Shown here: in pieces, positions 29,645 through 39,029 of the stretch | How positions within the stretch are numbered: the first letter of the stretch is position 1 | Layout: each line of letters begins with the position of its first letter | The notes under the pieces: model-generated | Seen by the model: only the letters and a program-made list of their open reading frames with translations | The model's database searches: none | What the model was told of the DNA's origin: nothing | Origin: Gammaproteobacteria bacterium | GTDB lineage: Bacteria > Pseudomonadota > Gammaproteobacteria > UBA4575 | Direction: 5' to 3' | Length of the DNA: 48,936 nucleotides | Assembly (NCBI GenBank): GCA_050633765.1 | Contig: JBOEHC010000073.1 | Span: 1-48,936, forward strand | Position numbers and translations under genes: made by a program

Positions 29645-30139
29645 TTAAATTGAGTTTGTGGTTGCTTTAGATTCAAGTGCAGCAATACGCCGACTCATTT
29701 CGCCTGTTTGTAAGTCTTCTGCTAATGCTTTGGTTAATGAATGAACTTCAATACTATTTGAATCAAGGTCTAGACTATAGGTGCCCGGAGTTAGGGTGAT
29801 GCAATTTGCGTATACCGCTGTGGCAAGGTTGCTATGCTGAGATGCATCAAGAGTCATGATGTTTGGCTCAATAGGCAGCTTCGGGTGTAAAATTCTCCAA
29901 CTCACATCGATATTTGATTTGATGACTTCGAAAAAAAACCAAGGTAAAAATGTTGGCAGTTTGAAGTTTAGCTTTAAAGTTGAATAATCGTTGCGGAATA
30001 GACCAAACTTTTCAGACACCCAAGCTACAAACACACAACTGAGTGCACCAAGGGAAAGCAGTAAGGGGCCATAGTGGCCTGATAAAAGTAGCCATAAAAA
30101 AAACAGCACGATGGATGCGGCGATAATTCGAATGAGCAT
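29645..30139 (-). CDS. mrpE: Mrp antiporter subunit E
   Basis: WLLLSG, ANCITLTPGT, IEVHSL. Confidence 0.92.
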   Translation of the reverse strand: MLIRIIAASIVLFFLWLLLSGHYGPLLLSLGALSCVFVAWVSEKFGLFRNDYSTLKLNFKLPTFLPWFFFEVIKSNIDVSWRILHPKLPIEPNIMTLDASQHSNLATAVYANCITLTPGTYSLDLDSNSIEVHSLTKALAEDLQTGEMSRRIAALESKATTNSI

Positions 30140-30285
30140 TCTTAATTTTACGGCTTCAGGCTATTTGTATAATAAGCATTTGTAAGCTCAAAATACTTAA
30201 GCCTAGGCGATTATTCAAGTTTATCTACTAGTTAAACCAATAATTGCTATGTGGGCCATTTCTGACCGTTTTTTAGTAAAGGCAA

Positions 30286-31467
30286 CTAATTATTGCGCGT
30301 TGCGAGTTTAAGGCCCTTTTTAGCACAACGATGTGCATCTTCCATTTCATCAAGTTGTTCGTGTAGAGCAGCCAATTCAGCATAAGTTTCTGCTAACGGT
30401 TTGCGCGACAGGCTAGATTCAAAATAAGCCTTGGCTTTGCCCCAGAGTTGAGCTTTATTGCAGATTCGTCCTAGGGTTAAGTATAGATTAGCATCATTAG
30501 TATGTTGTTCGATCCATAATTCCGCTTTATTAAGCGCTTGGCTAGGATCTTTTACTTCAATTAAGCCGTATTGACGGACTAATTGTGAGCACCAATTTTT
30601 TTCTAGTGCGCTACTTAAAGTGCTTTCAGCAAGTTCATGTTTGCCTAACTGGCGTAATGCGATGACATAATCTAGCGTCAATTCACCGTCATTCGATATA
30701 CTTTCTCTATATTTTGTTCCGATTTCATCCACATTTTTTGCATTGGGGCTATTGCTTAATAGGCCTTTAATAGCTTGTTTTTCGATCTGTCTATATGTTT
30801 GTTGATCTATGCCTTTGCTATGTAGTAAAAGCGGAATAATTTCGGCCAGTTTTCCCCAGTCTTCAAGTTGCTCATAAGCGCTGGCAAATAACGTTGCAAT
30901 TTTAGGATTGGAGCGAATGCCATTTTCATGCTTGCTGAGATTTGCTAAGGCCTGCTCTGGCATGTGCTGCTCAAGCAGGAATTCTGCGTATAACACATCA
31001 AGTGCTGCACTATCATTAGGGTTGCATTTTTTTGCTGCCGCAAGATGAGCATCGCGCTCAGTGAAATCACCTTGCTTATGTGCTGCACGAGCTGCCCAAA
31101 TGTAATTGATACAGGCTGAGTTAGAATGGTCTGCTCCGCTTAATAAAAGTTTTTCGGATTCTGCCCAACTACCTTGAGTGAATTTTGTTAGTCCTTGTTG
31201 TGTGTTGTTTAAAGCTTTATTTTGTCTGCGCTTATCCATTGCAGAATGGATACGTTTAGGTGCGCTAAAAATCAATGTAAATAGTCGCAGTAGAATATAA
31301 AACAAAGTAAATAAAATAAACAAGCCAATCACAAACTCAACTAAAGGTAATTCATATGTTGTATCTCCATAGCTGAAAACAGCAAAACCAGGAGCCTGCA
31401 TAGCAATGAATACTGCTGCGGTAAAAACGATAAGAAAGAAAATAAATACTAATAGCGCGCGAATCAT
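30286..31467 (-). CDS. hemY: HemY-family TPR membrane protein (proteobacterial hemCDXY type)
   Basis: Two N-terminal TMs, TPR-like helices, QLWGKAKAYFESSL; position after hemX. Confidence 0.88.
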   Translation of the reverse strand: MIRALLVFIFFLIVFTAAVFIAMQAPGFAVFSYGDTTYELPLVEFVIGLFILFTLFYILLRLFTLIFSAPKRIHSAMDKRRQNKALNNTQQGLTKFTQGSWAESEKLLLSGADHSNSACINYIWAARAAHKQGDFTERDAHLAAAKKCNPNDSAALDVLYAEFLLEQHMPEQALANLSKHENGIRSNPKIATLFASAYEQLEDWGKLAEIIPLLLHSKGIDQQTYRQIEKQAIKGLLSNSPNAKNVDEIGTKYRESISNDGELTLDYVIALRQLGKHELAESTLSSALEKNWCSQLVRQYGLIEVKDPSQALNKAELWIEQHTNDANLYLTLGRICNKAQLWGKAKAYFESSLSRKPLAETYAELAALHEQLDEMEDAHRCAKKGLKLATRNN

Positions 31468-31482
31468 TTTATCTGTACCTAA

Positions 31483-32592
31483 CTAACTGTTATTAATAGT
31501 TTCCATGGTTTCAATGAGTAGTGTATTAGCCTCAGTAATGTCTGGAAGCTCAGGTTCTAAATTAATATTATTTAAATCACTTAATTCTTCAATAATGTCA
31601 CTTTTATTATTTAGCGTGTCGGTTGATTGTAACCACGCCAATGCTGCTTCAAGTTCTTGGTGAAAGGCATCGTCATCGCGGCTAGCTACTGCATATTTTG
31701 CACCTAATAGTTTTGCTCGCAAAAATTCATAGCCTTGTAAGCTCTCTTGCTCACTAATAAACATTTTAAGCTTTTGTTCATCACGGGTTACTTTTATGGA
31801 GTCATTGATGGAGTTCTTAACACCATCTACAAGTTTCTCCCAACCTGATAATTCTTCAGTAGTCGTTTCAGTCTCTTTTTCAGTTGCTTGTTCCGCTTGC
31901 TGATCCTTAGCATTCTTAATTATAGTTTGTTTAAGACCTGCAAGGAGGTTATCCAAATGTAAACTAATGCCTATCCAATCGGGATAGGGAAAGTTTTTTA
32001 ATTTACCAACTTGCTTAGAAACAGATTCACGTACTGGCAACAGACGAGAGTCGTTAAGCTCATGCAATCTTGAGCTAGCAGCTTTTAGTGCTGTAATGGT
32101 TCCTTGTACATCACGTTCAATTCGTAAGCGATGATTAGCCATTCGTAAAACATGTTCAGTTTCTTTTAAGCCCCACCCTAGTTGACTACGGTTTATATGT
32201 TGCAAAGCCTCTTGGGTAGCTAATTCAATGTTGTTTTGTTCTGCAGCTTGCCTATCTATTTGATTGGAGAGATCTGAAACAGTTTGATTAATTGAGCTAA
32301 CATTGTTTTCGATTTGTTTTTTAAAATTTTGCAATTTTATACTTTCATCAATGGTAGAAACTTCATGTGCAATAGATTGACGATCTACTGAAGCTTGGTC
32401 GATACGGTGATTTAATTCCAACCATGCTTTGTAACCCGCTGCGATTCCAGCACCTGATAGTAGTAATGCGAGTAAAGACACCAAGCCAATAAAAAATCGA
32501 CCACCACCACTTGATTTCGTGGCAGATTTATTATTCTGAGCTGCCTGTTGGTTTGGCTTAGAAGATGTTGGGGCTTGTTTATTATCTGACAT
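31483..32592 (-). CDS. hemX: HemX-family membrane protein
   Basis: N-terminal TM, coiled coil, WGLKETEHVLRMANHRL..DV..ALKAA; position after hemD. Confidence 0.85.
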   Translation of the reverse strand: MSDNKQAPTSSKPNQQAAQNNKSATKSSGGGRFFIGLVSLLALLLSGAGIAAGYKAWLELNHRIDQASVDRQSIAHEVSTIDESIKLQNFKKQIENNVSSINQTVSDLSNQIDRQAAEQNNIELATQEALQHINRSQLGWGLKETEHVLRMANHRLRIERDVQGTITALKAASSRLHELNDSRLLPVRESVSKQVGKLKNFPYPDWIGISLHLDNLLAGLKQTIIKNAKDQQAEQATEKETETTTEELSGWEKLVDGVKNSINDSIKVTRDEQKLKMFISEQESLQGYEFLRAKLLGAKYAVASRDDDAFHQELEAALAWLQSTDTLNNKSDIIEELSDLNNINLEPELPDITEANTLLIETMETINNS

Positions 32593-32645
32593 GATTGTCT
32601 CTCACATTAACTTATTATTATATTCCTGACGTTTTAGGAGGATGA

Positions 32646-33416
32646 TTAGTTCCAAGTATTTAAGGCCGCTAACATCGCTCCGTCGCTGGGATTTTCCGCT
32701 ATTATAGAATCTTTTGCGAATCCAACCCTAGCAGTTGCTTCGGCAATACGTTGACTGCCCGCTACTACTGTCATATTTTTTAAACATTGCTGTTCTTCGG
32801 GGGTGCAGAGTGACCATAGATTTTGTACTGACTCTACACTACATAAAAGTATCGCGGTGTTTTGTGAGCTGAGTTGGCATAAATTAACACCATTACGCTC
32901 TTTAGGTAATTGACGCTGATATACCTCAGCGTAACTGACTTGCGCATTTCTGGCCTCAAGTGTTTCGCGTAAAAGTTCTCGTCCGCCTTGACCACGCACG
33001 ATGAGAATATTCTGCTGTGTAATATTTTGTAGTGTTGAGTCATTTAGCAGTGCTTCACTGCTAAATCCAGACTGCGGAACGATAGCAACTTTGCAGCCAT
33101 AATTTTCTAGCGCGATTTTGGTAGCAGGCCCAACAGCGGCTAAAGTAAAATTTTTGATATCAATTTCTAGCTCATGCGCGATGCTCATTGCATGATGCAC
33201 AGCATTTACACTGATAAAAATTATAATTTGAAAGTTTGTAAGGTTTTTAAAATGCTGCTTTGCATCTTCAATGTTACTTGCTGCACAAATACTAATAACA
33301 GGGAAGTGAATGACGCTAGCTTGTCTAACTTCTAGCTGTTCCAGGATATTTTGTGCTTGCGCCAAAGGTCGCGTAACGACAATGGTTTTTTCTGCGAGTG
33401 TTGCATCAGAAGACAT
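32646..33416 (-). CDS. hemD: uroporphyrinogen-III synthase
   Basis: VVTRP, IFISVNAV, AVGPAT, RGQGGRELL, EVYQR. Confidence 0.93.
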   Translation of the reverse strand: MSSDATLAEKTIVVTRPLAQAQNILEQLEVRQASVIHFPVISICAASNIEDAKQHFKNLTNFQIIIFISVNAVHHAMSIAHELEIDIKNFTLAAVGPATKIALENYGCKVAIVPQSGFSSEALLNDSTLQNITQQNILIVRGQGGRELLRETLEARNAQVSYAEVYQRQLPKERNGVNLCQLSSQNTAILLCSVESVQNLWSLCTPEEQQCLKNMTVVAGSQRIAEATARVGFAKDSIIAENPSDGAMLAALNTWN

Positions 33417-33519
33417 GTTTGAATAAATACCTCAGCCAAATTGTGGCAGCTGAACCATCTTACCCGAAAAATTTTATAATAAGACTGAGAAGATTTCGCT
33501 TATGTTTATGTACGGCAAC

Positions 33520-34437
33520 TCATAATAATGAGGCTAGAATTTGATCAGCACCTTGTTTGCTCAAATCAGCTGCGACACGCTGACCTATGTCCACGGCCTC
33601 GCTTTTTGGTCCTTGGGCTTCGCTACGACAAATTTTGCTGCCATCTGGCATGCCTACCAAAGAACGTAAATGAAGTTCGTTGCCATTCAGTTGCGCAAAG
33701 CCTGCGATAGGCAACTGACATCCACCTTCTAAAGTTTGGCTTATTGCACGTTCAGCCGTTACACACGTGTTGGTTTCGGTATGATTCAATGGCGCAATTA
33801 AATTTTCGATCTGTGTGTCGTTTTCTCTGCATTCGATACCGATCGCGCCTTGACCAATCGCTGGAAGAGATGCCTCAGTTGAGAGTTGTGATCGAATCCT
33901 GTCGTTAAACCCAAGTCTTTGTAAACCTGCTACTGCAAGAATGATGGCATCATATTGACCATCATCTAGTTTGGCTAAGCGGGTATTTACATTGCCACGC
34001 AATAATTTAATTTCTAAGTGTGGGAACATGACCATAATTTGGCACGCACGTCGTGAGCTAGATGTTCCTACTATTGCCTTATCGGGTAGGTCATCTAAAT
34101 TATCATAAGTGTTAGAAACAAACGCATCACAAGGGTTTGCGCGCTCTAATATGACGGGCAGGTGTAATGTTGGCGGTAGCTCAATAGGAACATCTTTCAT
34201 GGAATGCACAGCGATATCGGCATCTTGCTCTAACAGGCCGCGTTCCAATTCTTTTACAAATAATCCTTTTCCGCCTTGTGTAGCGAGGGATTCTTGTAGT
34301 AATTGATCACCGGTGGTGGTCATTTTTACTAACTCAATAGTGAGATTGTCACCATGGGCTTCGCGTAATAAGCGCGAAACTTCATCCGCTTGCCAAAGTG
34401 CAAGTGCACTTTTCCGGGTAGCTATTCGTATGTGCAC
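33520..34437 (-). CDS. hemC: hydroxymethylbilane synthase (porphobilinogen deaminase)
   Basis: IATRKSALALWQA, GGKGLFVKELE, VHSMKDVP, LRGNVNTRL, LEGGCQLP; GTG start. Confidence 0.97.
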   Translation of the reverse strand: MHIRIATRKSALALWQADEVSRLLREAHGDNLTIELVKMTTTGDQLLQESLATQGGKGLFVKELERGLLEQDADIAVHSMKDVPIELPPTLHLPVILERANPCDAFVSNTYDNLDDLPDKAIVGTSSSRRACQIMVMFPHLEIKLLRGNVNTRLAKLDDGQYDAIILAVAGLQRLGFNDRIRSQLSTEASLPAIGQGAIGIECRENDTQIENLIAPLNHTETNTCVTAERAISQTLEGGCQLPIAGFAQLNGNELHLRSLVGMPDGSKICRSEAQGPKSEAVDIGQRVAADLSKQGADQILASLL

Positions 34438-34502
34438 AGGCTATTTAGTGAGTATTCCCTTATATATTGAATATAAGGGATGGGGAAATAATCTAATAAT
34501 TA

Positions 34503-35234
34503 CTATCGAGATTTAAGGAATTTGCGTACTTCAGCAACATGTCGACGACTAATTTCTAAGCGATCTTCAATTTCACGGAAAGTTACTACAAAGCGTCCAT
34601 CTTGGTTTTTTTCCATACCGCTGATGTAATTAGTGCTGACTAGCGCATTACGGTGAATGCGTATGAGCCTGCCTTCGAATTCGTTCTCTAGATTTTTTAA
34701 TGCATCTTCAATTAATACTTCCCCACCGAGGTGTCGAACAGTGATGTATTTTTGGTCGGCTTGGAAATAAAGAATTTCATCAACTGGAATAAGTTCTAAA
34801 TTTCCACGTATGCGTGCGCAAATGTGGCTGCGACCTTGGCTATCGGTTTCAGTATTAAGGGTTGCGATTTGCGCCTTGGTGAGTTTTTTGGCGCGCGCAA
34901 TTGAGGTTTCCAGTTTTTCTTGCCGAACTGGCTTAACTAAATAACCTACAGCGGAAGTATCGAATGCCTCTAAAGCATGTTCGCTATATGCAGTCGTAAA
35001 GATGATGGCGGGTGGTTCGTCCATCTCAGTTAAGTGTCTAGCGGCCTCAAGCCCGTCCATGCCAGGCATGCGAATATCCATTAATACTACATCTGGACGA
35101 AGAGACTGCACCATTTCCACAGCTTCAATACCATTAGTAGCTTCGCCTGTGCTTTGCACATCATCTATGCTGCTAAGCATATGGTTTAGTCGGTCACGTG
35201 CTGGTGCTTCGTCATCTACGATCAAAATTTTCAT
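34503..35234 (-). CDS. algR: LytTR-family response regulator AlgR-like
   Basis: REC domain (VDDE, DIRMPGMDG) plus LytTR (RIHRNALV, ISRRH); synteny with hemC and argH. Confidence 0.88.
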   Translation of the reverse strand: MKILIVDDEAPARDRLNHMLSSIDDVQSTGEATNGIEAVEMVQSLRPDVVLMDIRMPGMDGLEAARHLTEMDEPPAIIFTTAYSEHALEAFDTSAVGYLVKPVRQEKLETSIARAKKLTKAQIATLNTETDSQGRSHICARIRGNLELIPVDEILYFQADQKYITVRHLGGEVLIEDALKNLENEFEGRLIRIHRNALVSTNYISGMEKNQDGRFVVTFREIEDRLEISRRHVAEVRKFLKSR

Positions 35235-36346
35235 ACATCTGCCTCGATAGGAATGTTAAATGAAACCTTATAAAAGCCTTGTTCTTGGCGGATATCCATA
35301 CTACTGAAATCACCATAGGCTAATTGTAACCTCTGTCTGATGTTTTCTTGCGCCATTTTATTACCAGGGCGTTTACGGTCAATATTAATATCTCCAACTG
35401 GGTTGCTAATTGTAAGGTGTAAGTCGTGTTGTGTGGAAGTAATGTCGATATTTACGGTGCCACCTTTAGTGAGGGGCTCCACTCCATGGTAAATAGCATT
35501 CTCAACTATAGGTTGTAGGATTAAGGCTGGAACCTTGGTGCTCAAGCTTATACCTTCTTCTATTTTTAATTCAATAGTAAGTCGGTCCCCAAGCCGCAGT
35601 TTCTCCATATTAATGTAACGGCGGGTGAAATTCAGTTCTTCTTGCAGCGTGACTTTATCCTGGTGGCCAAGAGAAGCACGGAATAGGTCGGCTAGATCTT
35701 CAACCGCTTTTTCTGCCATAGCAGGGTTAGTTAGCGTCAAACTGGCGATTGTATTCATACTATTAAATAAGAAATGCGGCCGAATACGTGCTTGTAAGGC
35801 TTGGATTCTCGATTTTGCTTCTACTTGTATATTGGCTCGCCACTGGTGTTGCACATAGAAATAGCGTAGTGCCACGGCTGAAACGATGGCACTAATCGCC
35901 ATATTGCGTATCAAAATGTCGCTTGTCAGAATATCCAATAAATTCAGTGTTTGAACATTTTCCGGTGAGGCAGCCCACAGTGCTTCAGTAGGGGTGACTA
36001 GTATAGACACTACCGAGACAATTAAGGTGATCATTAAGCTAAGCGCATAGTAGGTAATAGCGGCCGTGGCTGGATGCAGTTTGTGTAGAAACTTGCGGCT
36101 GACGCAAAGCACTAAGATATTACCAATCGCGATAAAAGTGACAAATAGCGAAACTAAAGACAGGTATACCCAAAAGTTTGGTCGCGAGACCCCGCCGGCA
36201 AGGGTCAATACAAAAGATAGTAGTTGAGCGATTAAAATCGCTAAAAAGATAATTCGAGCATTACAAAAGTCAGGAAGGAACGTATGCTCCGCGGGATCTG
36301 ACGCATTGTTTTTGGTCTGATTGCTGGTTTCGGTTTTAGAGGTCAT
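35231..36346 (-). CDS. algZ: LytS-type sensor kinase AlgZ/FimS-like
   Basis: LPDFC, ALQARIRPHFLFNSMNTIASL, LQPIVENAIYHG. Confidence 0.85.
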   Translation of the reverse strand: MTSKTETSNQTKNNASDPAEHTFLPDFCNARIIFLAILIAQLLSFVLTLAGGVSRPNFWVYLSLVSLFVTFIAIGNILVLCVSRKFLHKLHPATAAITYYALSLMITLIVSVVSILVTPTEALWAASPENVQTLNLLDILTSDILIRNMAISAIVSAVALRYFYVQHQWRANIQVEAKSRIQALQARIRPHFLFNSMNTIASLTLTNPAMAEKAVEDLADLFRASLGHQDKVTLQEELNFTRRYINMEKLRLGDRLTIELKIEEGISLSTKVPALILQPIVENAIYHGVEPLTKGGTVNIDITSTQHDLHLTISNPVGDINIDRKRPGNKMAQENIRQRLQLAYGDFSSMDIRQEQGFYKVSFNIPIEADV

Positions 36347-36500
36347 ATCGATGTAACACAGAGTATTGATAAAAAGTATGCGCGAGTCGTGTCTAGGCGA
36401 GCAAATGCTATACTTTGGACCAATTTTTAATATCTATTTATTAAAACCTATTTAATTAACCAAATCATTTAACCAAGTCATTTAAAACGAACCAAAATTA

Positions 36501-37901
36501 ATGAGTAATCAAGATTCAAAACTTTGGGGTGGGCGATTTTCTGAAGCCACAGATGAATTTGTTGAGCAATTTAACGCATCTGTAGGGTTTGATAAACGAC
36601 TTTTTAAGCATGATATCCAAGGTTCTCGTGCACATGCGGAAATGTTGGCTCATATTGGAGTTCTAAGTAGTGATGACTGTAGCAAATTACTAAAAGCGCT
36701 AGACAGTATAGAGGCTGAAATAGAAGCCGGAAACTTCGAGTGGAAACCCGAGCTTGAAGATGTGCATATGAATATTGAGGCCCGTCTGACCGAATTAGTC
36801 GGTGACGCTGGCAAGCGAATCCATACAGGAAGATCGCGTAACGATCAGGTGGCAACCGATGTGCGACTTTATCTCAGAGATGCCATTGATGATATCGACC
36901 AACGATTAGAAGCGTTGCAACAAGCAATGTTGGGCCTTGCCGAACAAGAGAGTGCGACGATCATGCCTGGATTCACGCATTTACAAGTTGCTCAAGTCAT
37001 TACTTTCGGCCATCACATGTTGGCATGGTTTGAGATGATTAACCGAGATCGTATTCGATTGAAGCAATGTCGTGCCAGCACTAACGTGATGCCATTGGGC
37101 TCTGCCGCGCTCGCAGGAACTAGTTTTGCATTGGATCGTGAGATGGTTGCAGAAAAATTACACTTTGCCATGTCGAGCCACAATAGTTTAGATGCAGTGA
37201 GTGATCGAGACTTTGCTATCGAGTTTTGTGCCTTCGGGGCTATTTTGTTTGCGCATATGTCACGCATTGCAGAAGAATTAGTATTGTGGACGTCGACGCA
37301 ATTTAATTTTATCGATTTACCGGATCGTTTTTGCACGGGTTCGTCAATTATGCCGCAGAAAAAAAACCCTGATGTGCCTGAATTGGTGCGTGGTAAATCA
37401 GCGCGCGTGTATGCAAACTTATTTGCATTACTAACGTTGATGAAAAGTCAGCCCTTAGCCTATAACAAAGATAACCAGGAAGATAAGGAGCCGTTGTTTG
37501 ATTCAGTCGACACGGTGCATGATTGCGTGGTGGCGTTTGCTAATATGATTCCTCATATTAAAGTGAATCGTGATGTGTTGATGCATGCTGCTCAACAAGG
37601 TTATGCCACGGCAACCGATCTCGCTGATTATCTGGTGCAAAAGAAAGTACCGTTTCGTGATGCTCACGAGGTGGTCGGGAAAACCGTCAAGTATGCAATT
37701 GAGCAAAATAAAAAATTAGATGAACTGGCATTGCATGAACTTCAAAAGTTCAGTCCTTCAATTTCTGAGGATGTGTTTAAAATTCTTTCGGTAGAAGGAT
37801 CCGTTGCATCAAAAAATACTTATGGTGGGACATCACCCATTCAAGTGATGGCACAAATTAAGTTAGCGAAAGAGCGCTTAAAGAAATTCCAGAAGTCCTG
37901 A
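36501..37901 (+). CDS. argH: argininosuccinate lyase
   Basis: [28 protein letters not shown]. Confidence 0.97.
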   Translation: MSNQDSKLWGGRFSEATDEFVEQFNASVGFDKRLFKHDIQGSRAHAEMLAHIGVLSSDDCSKLLKALDSIEAEIEAGNFEWKPELEDVHMNIEARLTELVGDAGKRIHTGRSRNDQVATDVRLYLRDAIDDIDQRLEALQQAMLGLAEQESATIMPGFTHLQVAQVITFGHHMLAWFEMINRDRIRLKQCRASTNVMPLGSAALAGTSFALDREMVAEKLHFAMSSHNSLDAVSDRDFAIEFCAFGAILFAHMSRIAEELVLWTSTQFNFIDLPDRFCTGSSIMPQKKNPDVPELVRGKSARVYANLFALLTLMKSQPLAYNKDNQEDKEPLFDSVDTVHDCVVAFANMIPHIKVNRDVLMHAAQQGYATATDLADYLVQKKVPFRDAHEVVGKTVKYAIEQNKKLDELALHELQKFSPSISEDVFKILSVEGSVASKNTYGGTSPIQVMAQIKLAKERLKKFQKS

Positions 37902-38012
37902 TTTATTCTCCTATGTCGTTAAAAGAACTCTCGAAGTGTTCATGTATTTGATAATACACTCCGTGTTCTCGATTTCTTTTGCATAATAGTAGTCATTGCA
38001 TTAATAAATCAG
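37898..38012 (+). mobile_element. palindromic MITE/RPE-like element, copy 1
   Basis: CTGATTTATT...AATAAATCAG termini; internal TCGTTAAAA, CTCGAA, TCATGTAT..ATACACTCC, TTCTCGAT shared with copies 2 and 3. Confidence 0.7.
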
Positions 38013-38031
38013 AACTTCTTCTGCTAGTAGA

Positions 38032-38694
38032 TTACTGCCAACACTTTATAAGAAAATTACGTATATCCTGAATTTCTTCCGTGCACACAGTATGTGCGCA
38101 AGCATAATCATGCCAATTGATTCCGAAGCCTTGTTTTTCAAGTAATTCTTTAGCCAGCGTTGCAAATGAAAGAGGTACCACATCATCATAAGATCCGTGC
38201 GCCATGAAGATAGGTAACTCGCGTGATGCAGATGCTGCGTAGCTTTCAATTTGACCACGTAGAGGCAGGTAACAAGATAAGGCGATTAGACCTGCTAAGG
38301 GTTGTGAATAGCTAAGTCCTGTATATAAAGCGAGCGCCCCACCTTGGGAAAAACCAGCTAAGACAATCCTATCTGCAAGAATACCATCGTCTATTTGTTG
38401 TTGTATTAAGTTGTAAATTTCTACACTTATCTTCATAAGACCTGTTTGGTCTTCCTTGCTATCTTTCTCTAGTCCGTAAAGGTCGTACCAAGAGGGCATT
38501 TGCATGCCATTGTTTAAGCTCACCGCTTGAACCGGCGCATTAGGGAATATAAATCTCGCACGAATTGCAGAAGGTAAATTTAGTTCTGCAACAATCGGTT
38601 CAAAATCGTGACCGTTTGCACCTAAACCGTGTAGCCATATCACTGCGCAGTCTGGATCATTTTCGGTTTCAATTTGAATGGCAGAAAGCGGCAT
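38032..38694 (-). CDS. phospholipase/carboxylesterase (alpha/beta hydrolase)
   Basis: WLHGLGA, MPSWYD, GFSQGG nucleophile motif, HGSYDDVV. Confidence 0.92.
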   Translation of the reverse strand: MPLSAIQIETENDPDCAVIWLHGLGANGHDFEPIVAELNLPSAIRARFIFPNAPVQAVSLNNGMQMPSWYDLYGLEKDSKEDQTGLMKISVEIYNLIQQQIDDGILADRIVLAGFSQGGALALYTGLSYSQPLAGLIALSCYLPLRGQIESYAASASRELPIFMAHGSYDDVVPLSFATLAKELLEKQGFGINWHDYACAHTVCTEEIQDIRNFLIKCWQ

Positions 38695-38750
38695 ATAGTT
38701 GGTTCTTGCTTATTTAACTTAATTTAGAATTAATCCATTTGGGCTTAAAA

Positions 38751-38795
38751 AGATAGCCATGAAACCTTCATAGCTATCTAAATACGCTATACAAT
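38751..38795 (+). promoter_or_regulatory. putative sigma70 promoter for lptM-lysA overlapped by an inverted repeat
   Basis: TTCATA(38767)-N17-TACAAT(38790); AGATAGCCATGAA-ACC-TTCATAGCTATCT inverted repeat at 38751-38779. Confidence 0.5.
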
Positions 38796-38819
38796 AGCGG
38801 CGAATTACAGAGTATATAG

Positions 38820-38966
38820 ATGTTACATCTCAAACCATATTTCTTTGCGACCTTCCTAGTGATTCTTTTGGGTAGCGCTTTGCTGTTGACTTCGTGTGGC
38901 CAGACAGGAGACTTATACCTGCCCGGAGAAGAAACCGAGTCAGAAAAAGAAAAATCTAAAAATTGA
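38820..38966 (+). CDS. lptM: small lipoprotein LptM (YifL/LppL family), absent from the ORF track
   Basis: MLHLKPYFFATFLVILLGSALLLTS-CGQTGDLYLPGEETESEKEKSKN*; CGxxGxLYLP motif directly upstream of lysA. Confidence 0.85.
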   Translation: MLHLKPYFFATFLVILLGSALLLTSCGQTGDLYLPGEETESEKEKSKN

Positions 38967-39029
38967 GTCTTTTGAACTAATTCAATAATTAGTTATCCAT
39001 AGCCGATTAAAAAATTTGTAGTGCTAACT

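Noticed and set aside
35231-35480. Missing DxGxG (G1) box in the sensor kinase, suggesting a pseudogene
   Set aside because: A degenerate ATP-binding region is a known feature of AlgZ/FimS-type kinases and the ORF is intact
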